Positions 60,261 to 64,000 of a stretch of 64,000 nucleotides of DNA are shown piece by piece. This DNA is from Cyanophyceae cyanobacterium. Lineage in GTDB: Bacteria; Cyanobacteriota; Cyanobacteriia; Cyanobacteriales; JBHJGN01. The translations under genes and the position numbers were made by a program. Where the stretch lies: contig JBHJGN010000037.1 of assembly GCA_050331735.1 (NCBI GenBank), positions 52,858 through 116,857 of the forward strand. Direction: 5' to 3'. The notes below the pieces were generated by a model that was not told where the DNA came from, searched no databases, and was given only the letters and a program-made list of their open reading frames with translations. Each line of letters opens with the position of its first letter. The stretch's first letter is position 1.

Positions 60261-63200
60261 ATGGATTCTGCTAATTCGCTATGGCAGGAATACTTCGATG
60301 ACCTAGCCAATCAAACTAAGTTCGATCAGGGCAAGACAGCGTGGAGCACAGACACGTCTCTTGCTCACAACCCTATTTTTGAGGTTAAAAACGGCAAATT
60401 CCTTGCCCAAAATACCGATGGAGTGGCAGTTTGGAAATCTGAGAAAATTGATATTTCCTCGGCAGAGACCGTTGATTTCTCCCTTGATGTTTGGAGCCAA
60501 GGGGATCTAGAATCCTCGGGAAAGTATGCAGATTTTGTCGAGGTTTCCTACATTCTTGATGGCGGCCAGGAAATTTCCTTGGCTCGTCGGGATGGCATCA
60601 TCAAAAACGGTCCATCTGAAATAGGAACGAAAGGACTTGATGGCAAAACGTTACAGCTAATAGTTCGTGCTCAGACAACTGGCAGCAAAGAGTCTTATCT
60701 GTGGGACAATATCGCTGTGACTGCCGCTGCTTCCAAGCAACCTGATGAGCCCGATAATCACGATGGTGGGGATTCAGGGCATTCGGATGACCTGACAGGA
60801 GGCCACACCGACCCTGCTAAAATGGGCGAGCATGCCTCTTTGCTTAAATTAGTTCCTCACTCCGCTGCAACCCACGTGGCAGTTAACGACGGTTCCTGGT
60901 TTGATGCAGGCACTTGGAAAGATGGCGCGATCCCAGACGATGATGCTGATGTATTGATTCCGAAGGGCACAAAGGTTGTTTATGACGGCAAAAGCGATGC
61001 AAGTTTGCATACGATTCGAGTTGATGGTACGCTGCGCTTTGCCCATAATGCCGACACCAAAATGGTCATCGATACGTTTATCGTTGCTCCAGAAGGAACT
61101 TTAAACATTGGGACAAAGAGTCAGCCTATTCAGAAGAATAAAACAGCCCAGATTATCATTGCCGATAACGGTGCCATTGATTTGAAGTGGGATCCAGATC
61201 AGCTCAGTCGAGGGCTTGTCAGTCACGGTCAAGTCACCATGCATGGGGCGGAAAAAACGGTTCACCTCAAACTCTCCAAGGATGCTCTGGCTGGGGATAA
61301 GGAACTGTTTCTTAGCGAAGCTCCTCAAAACTGGCAGGTCGGCGATCGCATTGTCTTGACGGGCACTCACCAGATACCAAGAACCGCCTCCGATCCTAAA
61401 AAAGATTTGGGAACTCAGGACGAAGAATTACGAATTGCCCAAATCGACGGTAATCGAATTGTTCTTGACCGCGCTCTGCAATATGACCATGATACGCCGC
61501 GTAGTGATTTGCGAGCTAGCGTAGCGAACTATACACGAAACATCGTTTTTGAAACTGAGAACTACCAAGATATCCCCAACAACCAGAGGGGACATATTAT
61601 GTTCATGCATTCTGATGATGTTGACGTGCGCTACGCCGAGTTTTTGGAGCTTGGCAGAACGGACAAGCATAAAGCCTTGAATGATTTTCGCCTAGAAGGT
61701 GCTAGAAACAGTGAGCGAGTACTAGATGCCAACGGAGATCCAATTCCAGGTGAACGCACAAATATCCGTGGTCGCTATGCGTTTCACTTTCATAGAACAG
61801 GTGTTGATTCCGCTAATGACCCAGCGGTAGCGATAGGAAATGCGGTCTGGGGTTCTCCAGGATGGGGCTTTGTGCATCATGATAGCCATGCTGTGATGAA
61901 TAATAACGCTGCCTACGATGTTTTTGGCTCTGCCTTTGTTTCTGAAACGGGCAATGAAACTGGAGAGTGGAAAAATAATATAGCGATCAACGGTCAAGGC
62001 CTTCTTCGTAACATTAAATTCGGCGGTTATAACCAGGATTTCGGTATGCAGGGTAATGGCTTTTGGTTTCAAAGCCGCACGATCGAAAATGTCGGCAATA
62101 TTGCTGCTGGTATGAGCGGCATGGGAATTGCTTATTTTCACCGAGGCATTGACAATATCGATCCACTGGCTGAGAACTTAGCTAATCCTGAGATTGCTCG
62201 CTATACAAAACAAGTCGAAGGTGAAATACCACCACTTGAGCTGTTTACAGACAACGAGGTTTTTGCTTCTGGCAAAGCATTGCACATTGCCAAAAAAGAA
62301 CCCAACCAAGGTCATGATATCCGTAATATGGTTACTGACTTTACCGGATGGGAAGTAGAGGATGGAGTACACCTAGAATATACTCGTCACTACACGTTAG
62401 AAGATCTCACTCTGATTGCTTCAGAAGCGAGTCGTCAAACAGATAACATTGGCGTTCGTTTCGGTAATCGGACAGAAGACATGGCGATCGCCGATTTCCA
62501 GATTGATGGGTTTGATAAAGGCATTTCTCTTGTAGAAGGGAAAGACAACGGTAGCTTTCTATTCATGGATGCGAAGCTCACAAATAACAGTAACAATCTT
62601 GTCAGTGACACAACAAAAACTTCAGACTTTGTTTCATCTGATAGTTATTTACGTAAAGGCGACTTAGTCTTTGAAACGGATGCAGACAAATCATTCAGCG
62701 CAGGCTCAAAGCTGAACATCAAGGGTGAAAAGATCGATAGCTTGGGTCGCAGTGAATACATGGTTGGTGGAGATCGGATTCTATTTGAGGATGACAATAT
62801 TTCCAATCGTCTGGAGAAGGGTTATTACACTCTTGAGGATGGTACGCCGATTTTGACCGTAGAGATTTTTGTCTCAGACCGGCTGACAGGTAACTTTAAA
62901 GAAGCTGCTATTCCAGTTCGGTTAAATGATGTTAACGTTAGTGAAAAAACTCATTTGGGAGTTTATGATCCCAGCGACAATGCTGATGGGGCTAGCCAAG
63001 ATTTAATTATTAGGCAATTTGTCTCCCGCCAAGACAGTATCATTGTCGGCACTAGTAGCATAGATGAATTTCATATTGACCCAACGAATCTCAGCAACTA
63101 TGCCACGGTTTATGCCTTTGAGGACGACAAAGATAAACTTTCCCTGTCTTCTGACAAAGACTACACTCTCTCCGATACACAGTTGAAACTCGGAACTACT

Positions 63201-63308
63201 TCTGTTGAGGCAACAAAAGTATCTTTTCCCAATAATGAAGCGGTTACCGTCATTGGTGTTACAGCAGAAGAACTGCTGAACGATATTATGCCAGCGGCAA
63301 GCACATAA
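60261..63308 (+). CDS. Large G8-domain/right-handed beta-helix extracellular protein
   Basis: GSWFD..TW..G.IP...ADV.I (G8), W.VGD.IV, GRY..HFH, acidic Asp/Asn-rich composition. RBS upstream of ATG. Confidence 0.8.
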   Translation: MDSANSLWQEYFDDLANQTKFDQGKTAWSTDTSLAHNPIFEVKNGKFLAQNTDGVAVWKSEKIDISSAETVDFSLDVWSQGDLESSGKYADFVEVSYILDGGQEISLARRDGIIKNGPSEIGTKGLDGKTLQLIVRAQTTGSKESYLWDNIAVTAAASKQPDEPDNHDGGDSGHSDDLTGGHTDPAKMGEHASLLKLVPHSAATHVAVNDGSWFDAGTWKDGAIPDDDADVLIPKGTKVVYDGKSDASLHTIRVDGTLRFAHNADTKMVIDTFIVAPEGTLNIGTKSQPIQKNKTAQIIIADNGAIDLKWDPDQLSRGLVSHGQVTMHGAEKTVHLKLSKDALAGDKELFLSEAPQNWQVGDRIVLTGTHQIPRTASDPKKDLGTQDEELRIAQIDGNRIVLDRALQYDHDTPRSDLRASVANYTRNIVFETENYQDIPNNQRGHIMFMHSDDVDVRYAEFLELGRTDKHKALNDFRLEGARNSERVLDANGDPIPGERTNIRGRYAFHFHRTGVDSANDPAVAIGNAVWGSPGWGFVHHDSHAVMNNNAAYDVFGSAFVSETGNETGEWKNNIAINGQGLLRNIKFGGYNQDFGMQGNGFWFQSRTIENVGNIAAGMSGMGIAYFHRGIDNIDPLAENLANPEIARYTKQVEGEIPPLELFTDNEVFASGKALHIAKKEPNQGHDIRNMVTDFTGWEVEDGVHLEYTRHYTLEDLTLIASEASRQTDNIGVRFGNRTEDMAIADFQIDGFDKGISLVEGKDNGSFLFMDAKLTNNSNNLVSDTTKTSDFVSSDSYLRKGDLVFETDADKSFSAGSKLNIKGEKIDSLGRSEYMVGGDRILFEDDNISNRLEKGYYTLEDGTPILTVEIFVSDRLTGNFKEAAIPVRLNDVNVSEKTHLGVYDPSDNADGASQDLIIRQFVSRQDSIIVGTSSIDEFHIDPTNLSNYATVYAFEDDKDKLSLSSDKDYTLSDTQLKLGTTSVEATKVSFPNNEAVTVIGVTAEELLNDIMPAAST

Positions 63309-63411
63309 CCTAGTCCTCACTATCGGCTGTTTCCTACAGTCCATCCTATTAAATTCCCCTCCCTAGAAATCCTAGGAAGGGGAAAACTTGTTAACAATAT
63401 TTGACTACTTA

Positions 63412-63788
63412 ACGTGAGTTCGGGATAAGAAAAGGAGGGGAGTAGTAAGCTGAAAAATGCGACTAATTCAGCCTCCCCATCCTATGTCTAGTTTAGAAGA
63501 ATTATTTTGTGACATTGACGATTTTTGTCTCAAGTTTGAACCGAAGTGGGACACTCAGCTACTCTCTCAAGGACTAAAAACCCGCAGACGAACAAGGAGA
63601 CTGAGATTAAGCGAAATAATGACGATTCTAATAGCGTTTCACGCCAATCATTACCGCAACTTCAAACACTACTACCTGGGTCATGTTCAGGTCCACTGGC
63701 GACAAGCTTGTCCGGGACTGCCTAGCTACCAAAGGTTTGTCGAATGGATGCCCTCAACTCTACTGCCGCTGTGTGTTTACTTAAAACA
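63412..63788 (+). mobile_element. IS982-family element, left IR and truncated transposase
   Basis: IR acgtgagttcgggataag at 63412; MSSLEELFCDIDDFC...LSEIMTILIAFH..YRNFKHYY...LPSYQRFVE. Homology ends at 63788. Confidence 0.85.
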
Positions 63789-63860
63789 ACCTGAGTTCGG
63801 GTTAAGCTGGCTGAGGCCAAGCCCAATCAAAACGAAGCGATGGCTTCTTGGGTTGATGAG
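63789..63860 (-). mobile_element. Right end of a second IS982-family copy in inverted orientation
   Basis: IR acctgagttcgggttaag. Minus strand encodes HQPKKPSL...A*, the typical IS982 transposase C-terminus. Confidence 0.7.
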
Positions 63861-64000
63861 CTGGTTGACTGACAAAACTAAGAAGCTGGAATACGTCTGA
63901 GGACAGTAAATTCACGCAGGAAGACGCGCTCGTGTTGTCGTTGGGAAGCCATAGCAGGTTGAGGGTCAGGCAGACTTGGTAGAAATAGCTGAACTTGGAT

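Overview
Cyanobacterial chromosomal segment: HIP1 GCGATCGC octamers occur throughout, with por, psb27, the fbp-tal-zwf-opcA operon and lrtA/hpf. It is mostly housekeeping (mutS, aroA, dapB, cysK, cobB, lipB, uppP, rpmB, tRNA-Leu) with four accessory zones. (1) At 1.2-10.2 kb, a minus-strand ternary conflict locus: Trypco1, trypsin-VMAP, MoxR ATPase, and vWA fused to an FGE-sulfatase (CLec) domain. Two stand-alone FGE-sulfatase paralogs precede it. All three CLec C-termini look like diversity-generating-retroelement variable regions, but no RT or template repeat is visible in the window. (2) At 21.8-23.4 kb, an IS200/IS605 element (dead tnpA, open tnpB) in a DUF3179 gene; its right end has been deleted. 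(3) At 29.1-29.5 kb, a ~415-bp non-coding relative of that element with the same left end, an intact right end and a structured RNA-like core, a candidate stand-alone omegaRNA element. (4) IS982 fragments at the right edge. Also noted: an orphan mysB-like methyltransferase with a perfect HLR1 motif, a candidate sRNA/small ORF with a perfect extended Shine-Dalgarno, and a three-way-junction RNA candidate upstream of a G8/beta-helix protein. All calls come from reading the sequence and recalling family motifs; no searches or folding programs were run.
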